Position numbers and translations under genes: made by a program
Origin: a virus
Virus record (IMG/VR): IMGVR_UViG_3300042453_005121
Coordinates: 64,001-128,000 of that record
Reading direction: 5' to 3' (one strand)
DNA: 64,000 nucleotides
Part shown: positions 29,678-37,720 of the stretch, one piece after another
Layout of the letters: every line of letters starts with the position of its first letter
How positions within the stretch are numbered: the first letter of the stretch is position 1
Notes under the pieces: model-generated
Told to the model about the DNA's origin: nothing
The model's input: the letters and a program-made list of their open reading frames with translations, nothing else
Database searches by the model: none

Positions 29678-30264
29678 AAATTAATTTGCGGAATCCTTGA
29701 TATCACCAAATTCCAGTTCGTCGAAACCCATTTCTTGAATGTTTCTTCGGCCTTTTTGGGGCCGACCTCATCGGTTTTGCCTTTGGTCTGAAACTCTATC
29801 TCGTGGGTTGTTTCGTGTATTATGGTGCTAGCTATTTCCAGAACGGCTTCTTTTGTGTCGCCAAACTCCCTGACTATCTTTTGTACGTTCACGTGAATCA
29901 CGTCACTAGGGGCGAGCTGTCTTTCATCTATATCTGGAATGTATTGTTTTATAACTGAATTTGGTATTCTTTGTAAGTTTTGCTGTTGTGCAGCGGAATG
30001 GCCGAATTTGAACCTTATTTTATTAGAAGCGGCAGGACCTATGATTTTTTTGTTTTCTGAAGAGTTGTATAGCCCATAAACTCCGGAATATAGGGGTGCA
30101 ATGGTACTTATGTTGTTCAAAAGCTTCTGTCCTGTTGATTTGGAGTACAACTGGACCAGTTTTATTGCATACTTTGCCTTGTCGTACAACTGGTCTATTC
30201 TGCTTTCCACATTTTCTGTTCCGAGGGTGGAATTCTCCCCGAGCCATGATTTGAAATGTCCCAT
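29674..30264 (-). CDS. zincin-like HExxH protein, capsid-targeting-like N-terminus (MGHFKSWLGE)
   Basis: STIIHETTHEIE...DE; ATATATA 6 nt before ATG. Confidence 0.65.
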   Translation of the reverse strand: MGHFKSWLGENSTLGTENVESRIDQLYDKAKYAIKLVQLYSKSTGQKLLNNISTIAPLYSGVYGLYNSSENKKIIGPAASNKIRFKFGHSAAQQQNLQRIPNSVIKQYIPDIDERQLAPSDVIHVNVQKIVREFGDTKEAVLEIASTIIHETTHEIEFQTKGKTDEVGPKKAEETFKKWVSTNWNLVISRIPQINF

Positions 30265-30292
30265 TTGAATTATATATAATCGGGAGAAAAAA

Positions 30293-30499
30293 ATGGACAT
30301 TTCGTATTTTTCAATGTGGCTTTTTCCTTTGTTGTTTATTTTTTCTTTGGTTGCTATTTTTTTGCACAACAAACGAAAATCCGAGACTTTGCAGTCTCAA
30401 TTCGTAGTCACAGGTTGCCTTCTAATGATTTTTTATACCGTGTGTTTTCTTTCTGGAATATGCACGATTCTTAATTTCTTATGGCGATGGGTATTATGA
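30293..30499 (+). CDS. small two-TM membrane protein
   Basis: GGGAG RBS; two hydrophobic segments. Confidence 0.55.
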   Translation: MDISYFSMWLFPLLFIFSLVAIFLHNKRKSETLQSQFVVTGCLLMIFYTVCFLSGICTILNFLWRWVL

Positions 30500-31209
30500 A
30501 AAATTTGAATCTTCTCATACGCGGGCATATAAGAAATTCTTTTGATGATGACAAATTCATCAATCTTATACGTGCGTTCTCAGAAAGCTACAAACTAGAT
30601 ATATTCATACACACTTGGAACATAGTCCAGAACAACATAAGTTGGCGTCACGTTCCCGAAATAAAAAATGACGTCAGTGAGGAACATATTCGTTTGTACT
30701 TTAAGGAGTTTGAAAAAAACATAAAGTCAATCCAGATAGATGACGACAGCAAGATAGAACATCGCGGAAATACTTCGGGAAACATAGGTTTTACTCCGTG
30801 TCCCGTTCTTGCGTGGAAAAATATGTATTATGGTAAAATGCGTCTAGTGGATAGAGTGGCAGAAAAAGTTAATGGAAACGAAGTGGCAGTACAGACTAGA
30901 TTTGATCTCCTTTCAAATAGTTTCAGTCCAGAAGTGCATGATGTAATAAGATTTTTGAAGGAAAATTATGATTCAATAGCTGAAGGCGACAACCAAGAAA
31001 AATTAAGGTTCATATGGATGCATCCATTCATAGGTATTGACAACATATACATGGCTTCAATAAGAAACATGCAGAAATTCGTAAGATACATGTATTTTGA
31101 CATGGACAGAATACTAGAATTTCACAAAGAAACACGTCATCAAGAACACATAAGCTTTCACGAAAGGTTTTCGCCGTTCATAAATACACATCATAGTCTA
31201 GGCGAATGA
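30496..31209 (+). CDS. hypothetical protein of a family common in viral glycosylation loci
   Basis: LLIRGHIR, DIFIHTW, TRFDL pattern. Confidence 0.55.
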   Translation: MKNLNLLIRGHIRNSFDDDKFINLIRAFSESYKLDIFIHTWNIVQNNISWRHVPEIKNDVSEEHIRLYFKEFEKNIKSIQIDDDSKIEHRGNTSGNIGFTPCPVLAWKNMYYGKMRLVDRVAEKVNGNEVAVQTRFDLLSNSFSPEVHDVIRFLKENYDSIAEGDNQEKLRFIWMHPFIGIDNIYMASIRNMQKFVRYMYFDMDRILEFHKETRHQEHISFHERFSPFINTHHSLGE

Positions 31210-32104
31210 TCCTGTGGGTGGCTTTTGAACCGCCACCGAGGAATGGACCGGAATATTCGTTATCGTTCTTTTTGTAAAGTACGCATGTTGGTTTGCCAAC
31301 ATCATCATAAAAAGTTATTGAATCTCCAGAGGCAGACCAGAACGTCTCGTTGTGATGATGGTACATTCCGATCTTGCCGTCCTCTCTCAATTTTATGGTT
31401 CCATAGTGCCTATTGCCGTCGGAACCACCCCAGAAACTGTAACAGTTGTGGGGTCTTTTGGATTCGGATTTGTCCATATTGAAGATGTAATACCATAGTC
31501 TTTCGCAATAGTGTCCGCACTCAGGATTGATTGTGGCAAGTTCTTTTTGTATGAGATTTATGTATCTTGAAATATTTGATTCAAGAATAAGTTTCACAGA
31601 TACTCCGAAGCAGCCGTTCCAGAATATGGGCAAAGATGTTGACATTCCGGCCCTCACGTGTTTTTCGCACCATTCTTTGACGTTGCAATTTGCCGAACTT
31701 GTTTCTCCCGCCCAACTGGGACATCTTCCCGCATTCAAGAAGTCGTAGGGATTTGACATCCTGTAGTTGTACGTGTAGTCAAGATTTTCTTCGGCCACAG
31801 CATCAATCCACCTCATTATGTTTTCTGCGTCCATTCCGTGTGGACTTCCTTGTACAAAAAAAATGAAATCCGAAGATTCTTTGGACTTCAACTCGTCCCA
31901 ACGATTGACGCAGTGCCAGATGTACGTGTGAGATTCCCTTCCGACGTTCGTCAGATAAGAATGACACGTTTTTTCCATTGAAGAGAGATCGGGCTCTTGT
32001 TCGCTTTTTGTGTAGACAAATACATTTCCCAAAAGATTGTGTTTCAATCTCCGGACCCAGTCAATATTTTCTTTGTAGTGGGCGACTACCACGTCAAATT
32101 TCAT
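31178..32104 (-). CDS. DUF3431-like protein (putative glycosyltransferase-related)
   Basis: VVVAHYKENIDW, NVGRESHTYIWH, FFVQGSP, GCFGVS, GHYCERLWYYIF. Confidence 0.75.
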   Translation of the reverse strand: MKFDVVVAHYKENIDWVRRLKHNLLGNVFVYTKSEQEPDLSSMEKTCHSYLTNVGRESHTYIWHCVNRWDELKSKESSDFIFFVQGSPHGMDAENIMRWIDAVAEENLDYTYNYRMSNPYDFLNAGRCPSWAGETSSANCNVKEWCEKHVRAGMSTSLPIFWNGCFGVSVKLILESNISRYINLIQKELATINPECGHYCERLWYYIFNMDKSESKRPHNCYSFWGGSDGNRHYGTIKLREDGKIGMYHHHNETFWSASGDSITFYDDVGKPTCVLYKKNDNEYSGPFLGGGSKATHRIIRLDYDVYL

Positions 32105-32145
32105 GATGAAAACCCGCCTGATTTTGTTTGATGACTATAATATAG

Positions 32146-32174
32146 TTGAAAAAAGAGCCGTTTTTTGCTATGAT
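32146..32174 (+). promoter_or_regulatory. sigma70-type promoter TTGAAA-17-TATGAT (extended -10), leaderless
   Basis: ATG 32181 lies 6 nt after the -10 box. Confidence 0.65.
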
Positions 32175-32180
32175 GAAAGT

Positions 32181-34628
32181 ATGAAGGAAACCGTTCTCCG
32201 AATACAGAATTGCTATTCTTGGCTTTATTGCGATAAGTCAGATGTTTTGAGCGTACTTCACGAGAACATGCGGTTCAGAGAGAGGGGCTACTTCCACAGC
32301 CGTCTCTACAAACAGAAGCTCTGGGACGGGTACACCGAGTTCTTCAGCAAAAAGACGGGAAGGTTCCTCACCGGCCTGCTGCCTGAAGTGAAGGCAGCAC
32401 TCACTCACATAGGCGAGGAGTACAGGATTCTTGATGAGCGGGGCGAATTTGATTTCAAATTCAATGAAATTGACGAGGATTTCCTCGGCAATGGCATAAA
32501 ACTATACGATTACCAGGTTGACTTGACAAATGCGCTGATAAAGCACAAGAGGGGCGTCATATGTGCGCCCACTGCGGCCGGTAAAGCACAGCCGCTTGAT
32601 TCTCTGGTGGCGACTCCGGATGGATTTGTCCGTATGGGGGACATAAAAGCAGGCGACTTTGTATTGACTCCCAAAGGCAAGAAGACCAAAGTTTTGGGAG
32701 TTTTTCCCCAAGGATTGAAGAAAGTTTACAAAATGCAATTCTCCAACGGAGACAGCGTGGAATGCTGTGGTGAGCATCTCTGGAAGGTGAATGCCACATA
32801 TGATCAGTGGATGGGCAAGGTATTAAATACCAACGAGATACGGAGAAGGGTCAAATGTCCGAACGGAGCAAACAGATACAACATTGAGACGCCAAAAAAC
32901 ATCAGCTTCAGAAAAAGAAAAGTCACATTAGATCCTTATTTCATGGGTCTTCTCCTTGGAGATGGTTCATTTAGGTGTCCGGGGGCGGTCACGATATCAA
33001 GTTCCGATGAAGAAATCATAGAATATGTGTCCTCATCTTTGTCGGACGGATACAGTCTGTTTTCGTGTGGCAAATTTGACTACAGAATTTCTTGTGGAAG
33101 AAGGGGCAAAGGAACTCCCAAGAACCCCTATGTGGAGTCCATAAAGAAAATGAGACTTTATGGACTCCACTCATGGAACAAATTCATACCCAAGGAGTAC
33201 ATGATCAATGATTTCAATACAAGACTTGCTGTGCTTCAAGGACTAATGGACACGGATGGTTATATTGATAAAAAAGGCGGAATTTCATTTGTCAGTACTT
33301 CAAAGAAATTGACCGATGACTTGGCTTGGATTGTAAGAAGTCTTGGGGGAATTCCATATGTGTCAAAGACAATAAAGAGCTACACGTATAAGTCTGTGAA
33401 AAAACAAGGGAGGCTTGCGTTTTTGGTGAACTTCTCTTTGCCTGAGGGGATTTGTCCATTTAGACTTTCTCGCAAAAAAAACAGATTCAAGACAAAAAGA
33501 AGGCAACTCAAGAATAGAACCATCTGCGGCGTCAAATATGTCGGCAAGAAAGAATGCCAATGCATATTGGTAGAGGATGAGGATCACCTCTATATCACCG
33601 ACAACTTTGTGGTTACCCACAACACCAACATAATGGTCTCCATTCTCAAGGCCTTGCCTAGCGGATGCCCAACGCTCGTGCTTGCCAACAAGAAGAGCCT
33701 TGTGGAGCAGAACTACGAGGAGATCGTCAAGTGGGGGTTTCAGAATGTAGGAAGGCTCTATGGCAAATATAAGGATCCCGGCGTCATAACCTGTGCCACT
33801 GTTCAGTCGCTACACAAGATGGAACCTCTCCTTGACAAGGTCAAGGTTCTGGTTGTCGATGAGATACACGAGAACATGAGCAAGGAGCCCAAGAAGTACT
33901 TCAACAAGATGAAGAGTTGCTCGGTCAGGGCAGCCGTGAGCGCTACTCCCTTCAAGTTCGGCGGAAAAGACCTATGCCAAAAGTGGCTCGTGAAGGGCTA
34001 CTTCGGACCCTCCCTCAAGTCCAAGAGTGCCGGAGGGGTTCTCACGACAAGCCATCTGCAGGAACGGGGGATGCTCTCAAAGAGCAGGTGCATTTTCTAC
34101 CCGGTGAGGGAGCCGGATCTCAAATATGAGATATACATGGATGCGGTGACGCGTGGAATAGCCGAGAACTGGCATTTCCACGAGATGATTAAGAACCTCG
34201 TCTCAAGGCTTGAGGGAAGGACGCTGATCCTTGTGGAGAGGATAGCCCAGGGGGACTCGCTTGCCTCTTTGATTCCGGGATCATTGTGGGTCCAAGGCAA
34301 AGACGACCTAGAGACAAGGAAAATGGTAATAGACAAGCTCAAGACCTCTAAAGAGCGGGTGGTTTCTATAGGAACACAGCAAATTTTCACGGCAGGAATC
34401 AATGTGATGACTCACAATGTCATAAACGCTGCTGGCGGTCAAGCCGACCACCACATCATACAGAGAGTGGGAAGAGGATTGAGAACGGCCGACGACAAGG
34501 ACATCCTGAATTACTACGACTTCGTGTTTCATAATAACGACTATCTTCTGGAGCACAGCAAGAAAAGGATCAAAATACTAAAGAAAGAAGGGCATGAAAT
34601 AATAATAAAAGACGATATTGACTTCTAG
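32181..34628 (+). CDS. uvsW: SF2 DNA helicase (UvsW-like) containing an intein
   Basis: WDG motif, LYDYQ, APTAAGK|T Walker A (interrupted), VVDEIH, SATP, TAGIN, QRVGRGLR. Confidence 0.88.
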   Translation: MKETVLRIQNCYSWLYCDKSDVLSVLHENMRFRERGYFHSRLYKQKLWDGYTEFFSKKTGRFLTGLLPEVKAALTHIGEEYRILDERGEFDFKFNEIDEDFLGNGIKLYDYQVDLTNALIKHKRGVICAPTAAGKAQPLDSLVATPDGFVRMGDIKAGDFVLTPKGKKTKVLGVFPQGLKKVYKMQFSNGDSVECCGEHLWKVNATYDQWMGKVLNTNEIRRRVKCPNGANRYNIETPKNISFRKRKVTLDPYFMGLLLGDGSFRCPGAVTISSSDEEIIEYVSSSLSDGYSLFSCGKFDYRISCGRRGKGTPKNPYVESIKKMRLYGLHSWNKFIPKEYMINDFNTRLAVLQGLMDTDGYIDKKGGISFVSTSKKLTDDLAWIVRSLGGIPYVSKTIKSYTYKSVKKQGRLAFLVNFSLPEGICPFRLSRKKNRFKTKRRQLKNRTICGVKYVGKKECQCILVEDEDHLYITDNFVVTHNTNIMVSILKALPSGCPTLVLANKKSLVEQNYEEIVKWGFQNVGRLYGKYKDPGVITCATVQSLHKMEPLLDKVKVLVVDEIHENMSKEPKKYFNKMKSCSVRAAVSATPFKFGGKDLCQKWLVKGYFGPSLKSKSAGGVLTTSHLQERGMLSKSRCIFYPVREPDLKYEIYMDAVTRGIAENWHFHEMIKNLVSRLEGRTLILVERIAQGDSLASLIPGSLWVQGKDDLETRKMVIDKLKTSKERVVSIGTQQIFTAGINVMTHNVINAAGGQADHHIIQRVGRGLRTADDKDILNYYDFVFHNNDYLLEHSKKRIKILKKEGHEIIIKDDIDF
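32586..33623 (+). mobile_element. class-3 intein with LAGLIDADG homing endonuclease (346 aa)
   Basis: Starts AQPLDSLV after GK and ends VVTHN before Thr. Block B CCGEHLW, block F ECQCILV; LAGLIDADG motifs FMGLLLGDG and VLQGLMDTDG. Confidence 0.92.
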
Positions 34629-34894
34629 TTGTCTCCTATATCTTTTATCAGTTCGGAAATCTTTATTCCGTCGCTTATTTTTTTGACTATTGATCCGTAA
34701 CTTCCCATGCCGTCATTGGTTTTTTTCACCACGCCGAGGTTCTTCAGATTCTTGATTATATCCGGTCCGAAATCCTTTGTGTTTTTGCCGAGTAGGTAGT
34801 TTCTCTCATCAGACGTAAGTTCACCTCCGGAGTTCAGTACTCCTAGGATGGCGTCGGAAACCTCTTTTCTTTCCATCCATGTCAAAAAACGCAT
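34625..34894 (-). CDS. hypothetical protein, capsid-targeting-like N-terminus (MRFLTWMERKE)
   Basis: GGAGG upstream; divergent from 34926. Confidence 0.6.
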   Translation of the reverse strand: MRFLTWMERKEVSDAILGVLNSGGELTSDERNYLLGKNTKDFGPDIIKNLKNLGVVKKTNDGMGSYGSIVKKISDGIKISELIKDIGDN

Positions 34895-34925
34895 GAAACA
34901 TGACCTCCAGAACTATATATCCATC

Positions 34926-35726
34926 ATGGGAACTTTCAAAGAATGGCTTATAAACGAGAAGTCCGACATCTTCGGATTTGAAAAACCTAGAGGGAAACAA
35001 ACGCCCGAAGACTCGTATGACGGGCCAATAATACCCATAAAGCCAGAAATTTTGATAGAGACCATGATGAAAGAGACCCTGCGGGGCCAAGAGCCGTTCT
35101 CGGCCTTTGCTGATCAAATTCAATGGGGAAGAACTACAGGAGCCATGAGGATGGTCATAAGTCCTCTTGGGTCGTTCAAGAGCATAATAAGAAAGATGCA
35201 ACTTGATTTGGAAGGAAAAGAAACATGGGTTTGCAAGTCAATAATTCCCTACAAAGATTTGATGCACGCCAACAAGAAGTTTGACGAGAACTTCGCCATG
35301 GACCTTTTTGAAAAGATTGAACAGATAGGATCACTTCAAATAGACACTCCCCAAGCCGAATACAAGGGACTCAGGAATTTGACTGTATCTTTGGCCTCGC
35401 GCTGTAGGAGAAAAGACATCATGCCGGAGATATTCATATTCTCTGGAGTCAAGGAGATCAAAAAGGACGAGAATTATCTTATTGAGTTTGATTTGCGAGG
35501 ACAGGGAGTTGAAGCCCCCGGATCGGCAAGAGTAGAGCGTTTCGTCATAGACATGAGCTACAATCCCAAGACCGGAATGATCAAGAGTTTCGGACATGAC
35601 ATACAGTCCCCCACGAGGGGTCACGTTTGGTATCCTCAGCCTTCGGAGTGGGAAGAACTTTTCTCTAATGGACAAGATGCCAAGGAAATAGTAGAGACAA
35701 TAGGAGCGGCATTGAGCACGTATTGA
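34926..35726 (+). CDS. hypothetical protein, capsid-targeting-like N-terminus (MGTFKEWLINE)
   Basis: CTATATA 6 nt before ATG. Confidence 0.7.
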   Translation: MGTFKEWLINEKSDIFGFEKPRGKQTPEDSYDGPIIPIKPEILIETMMKETLRGQEPFSAFADQIQWGRTTGAMRMVISPLGSFKSIIRKMQLDLEGKETWVCKSIIPYKDLMHANKKFDENFAMDLFEKIEQIGSLQIDTPQAEYKGLRNLTVSLASRCRRKDIMPEIFIFSGVKEIKKDENYLIEFDLRGQGVEAPGSARVERFVIDMSYNPKTGMIKSFGHDIQSPTRGHVWYPQPSEWEELFSNGQDAKEIVETIGAALSTY

Positions 35727-35728
35727 AT

Positions 35729-35890
35729 ATGGGATTCAGACAATGGCTTGAAGTGATGGGATCGGTCGGAGCAATAGTATCTTGCAAGGATTTGAAGAAT
35801 CCTAATTTTCAAATACAAGGGGCACTTTCAAATCTTGGGTGCGTGAAGAAAGAAAAGACGGCGAAGATGCGATTCGGAGGAAAGAAGTGA
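35729..35890 (+). CDS. small protein (53 aa), capsid-targeting-like N-terminus (MGFRQWLE)
   Basis: Not in the ORF track. Starts 2 nt after the previous stop and is GTGA-coupled to the next gene. Confidence 0.55.
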   Translation: MGFRQWLEVMGSVGAIVSCKDLKNPNFQIQGALSNLGCVKKEKTAKMRFGGKK

Positions 35891-36411
35891 AAAAAGACAC
35901 GTCCAACCAAACGAACTTAAAAAATGCTATAGTGGACATAGCAAAAAGCCTAGAGTCTGTATTCAAGAAGTACAGCAGACAAACTCGATCCAAGGCGTGG
36001 GAAAAAGTTACAGGAAAAGATGGAGAGAAGGAGATGAAGAAGATAATCAATGATCCATCAAGGCCGATAAATACATTCCAAAAATTGGCCACCCAAAAGG
36101 AGTCAAGCCAAATCGGAATCAAGGTGTGGTTGGACGACGTTCGTCCCGTTCCGGAAGGATTTGATTTGTGGGTTAAAAATTCCAAAGAGGCAATTGAAGC
36201 TTTGAAAAAAGGAGGAGTTTCTTTGATATCCTTGGATCACGATCTCGGAGAAGAGTCCGGTACGGGCTATGACGTGGCCAAGTTCATAGAAGAGATGGCT
36301 TTCAGAGGCGATATGAGTCCTATGGAAATAAGGGTTCATTCTGCAAACCCGGTCGGAGCAATGAATATGATGAGATGCGTGAAAAACGCCAGAAAGTTCT
36401 GGGCTGTTTAG
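35887..36411 (+). CDS. cyclic-phosphate-processing receiver-like domain protein
   Basis: VWLDDVRPVP, SLDHDLG, TGYDVA, HSANPVG. Confidence 0.8.
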   Translation: MKKDTSNQTNLKNAIVDIAKSLESVFKKYSRQTRSKAWEKVTGKDGEKEMKKIINDPSRPINTFQKLATQKESSQIGIKVWLDDVRPVPEGFDLWVKNSKEAIEALKKGGVSLISLDHDLGEESGTGYDVAKFIEEMAFRGDMSPMEIRVHSANPVGAMNMMRCVKNARKFWAV

Positions 36412-37667
36412 ATTTCAACCAGACCGGGAAATCTCTGGCCGTTTTCGTCCTTCAGCGCCACAAGGTAGGCATAGACGACTGGGATGTTATTGTCCTTCCA
36501 CCATTTGCTCGGATATCCCGTCTCCAGCCTGTAGTTCTGGAATCTTGTCTTGGTGTTTCTGATGTATCTCGCTTGATTGCGTCGGGTGTAGTACCAGAAA
36601 CTGTTTTGGTTCCAGAATGAAACATGGGTGGGGTCTTGAAAAGCTCCCCTTCCGTCGGTGGAAGGAACTTCTATGAATGCCCATCCGCCATGAGCAAGAA
36701 CCCTGTGGATTTCGCTCATGGTTCGAATTGGATCCTTGAGATGCTCTATTACGTGGCTGGCGTTGACCACATAGCAGGAATTGTCTTCCATGGGTATGCC
36801 CTCGTTAAGATCGCACTTTATTTCTCCGTCCTGTTGATCTATGGTCGTGTATCCAGGTCTTCCGTCTATGCCGCCCCCTATGTCTATCATTTTCAATCCT
36901 TTGATCTGGGCGTCTCTCTCGGCGAGTTTCTGTGCCCATTTGTTCCGCATCTGCAGGGTGTTTTTTTGTATTTCGGCGCTTCTTTCCAACCATGTATTTT
37001 TGCCGTATATCCTGTAGACGTACAGAGGCTCATTCACATGCAGAAATTTGGTTTCCAAGTAGGTTTTAATCATTAGGTCCTGATCATCTAGGACATGGAG
37101 ATTTGGATCATGACCTCCTATTTTTTTGTAAATTGATTTTCTCCAAGACCTGACGTGGTCGGGAGAATACCATATGAATGACAATGAATGACTTGTGGGT
37201 TGAAACGATCTTGGCACCCACAATTCTTTTTCTCTGAACTTGAATTTATAATGTTTCCAACCATTGTCTGAGGAATACGGGATGAATTTATCTTCGTGGT
37301 GAAATTTTGCATTGTCGGAGAATACGAATCCGACATCATTGTTCTTTTCATATTTCTCACTCAATACTTGGAGACAATTCTCCAGAAGTATGTCGTCATG
37401 GTCCACCTCAACAAGCACGTCCCCGACGCCTAATGAAAATGCCTTGTTCTTGTGGTAGCCCACATTTTCATTTTTTGAATTGTCGGTGTATATTTTTACT
37501 CTTTCGTCATACTTTAAAAAAGAAAGGTGGTCCAACGAAGCAGACCCATTGATCCATATAACCCACTCCCAATTGCTATAAGTTTGATTTTTTATTGAAT
37601 CATACAATTCAATTATATAGTCGGTGTTCTTGTGTGTGGGGGTTATTAGTGAAAATTTTATACTCAC
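36408..37667 (-). CDS. GT2 glycosyltransferase fused to class I SAM methyltransferase
   Basis: FSLITPTH, VEVDHDD, DDQDL; then IDIGGG, HVIEHL, RVLAHGG, QDPTH. Confidence 0.85.
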   Translation of the reverse strand: MSIKFSLITPTHKNTDYIIELYDSIKNQTYSNWEWVIWINGSASLDHLSFLKYDERVKIYTDNSKNENVGYHKNKAFSLGVGDVLVEVDHDDILLENCLQVLSEKYEKNNDVGFVFSDNAKFHHEDKFIPYSSDNGWKHYKFKFREKELWVPRSFQPTSHSLSFIWYSPDHVRSWRKSIYKKIGGHDPNLHVLDDQDLMIKTYLETKFLHVNEPLYVYRIYGKNTWLERSAEIQKNTLQMRNKWAQKLAERDAQIKGLKMIDIGGGIDGRPGYTTIDQQDGEIKCDLNEGIPMEDNSCYVVNASHVIEHLKDPIRTMSEIHRVLAHGGWAFIEVPSTDGRGAFQDPTHVSFWNQNSFWYYTRRNQARYIRNTKTRFQNYRLETGYPSKWWKDNNIPVVYAYLVALKDENGQRFPGLVEI

Positions 37668-37720
37668 ATAAACATTATAGCATAGACAAAATCATTTGTG
37701 AACCATGTATTCAAAGTACT

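Noticed and set aside
32103-32180. Longer start for the helicase
   Set aside because: The segment contains the gene's own -35/-10 promoter and abuts the divergent gene; ATG 32181 fits better.
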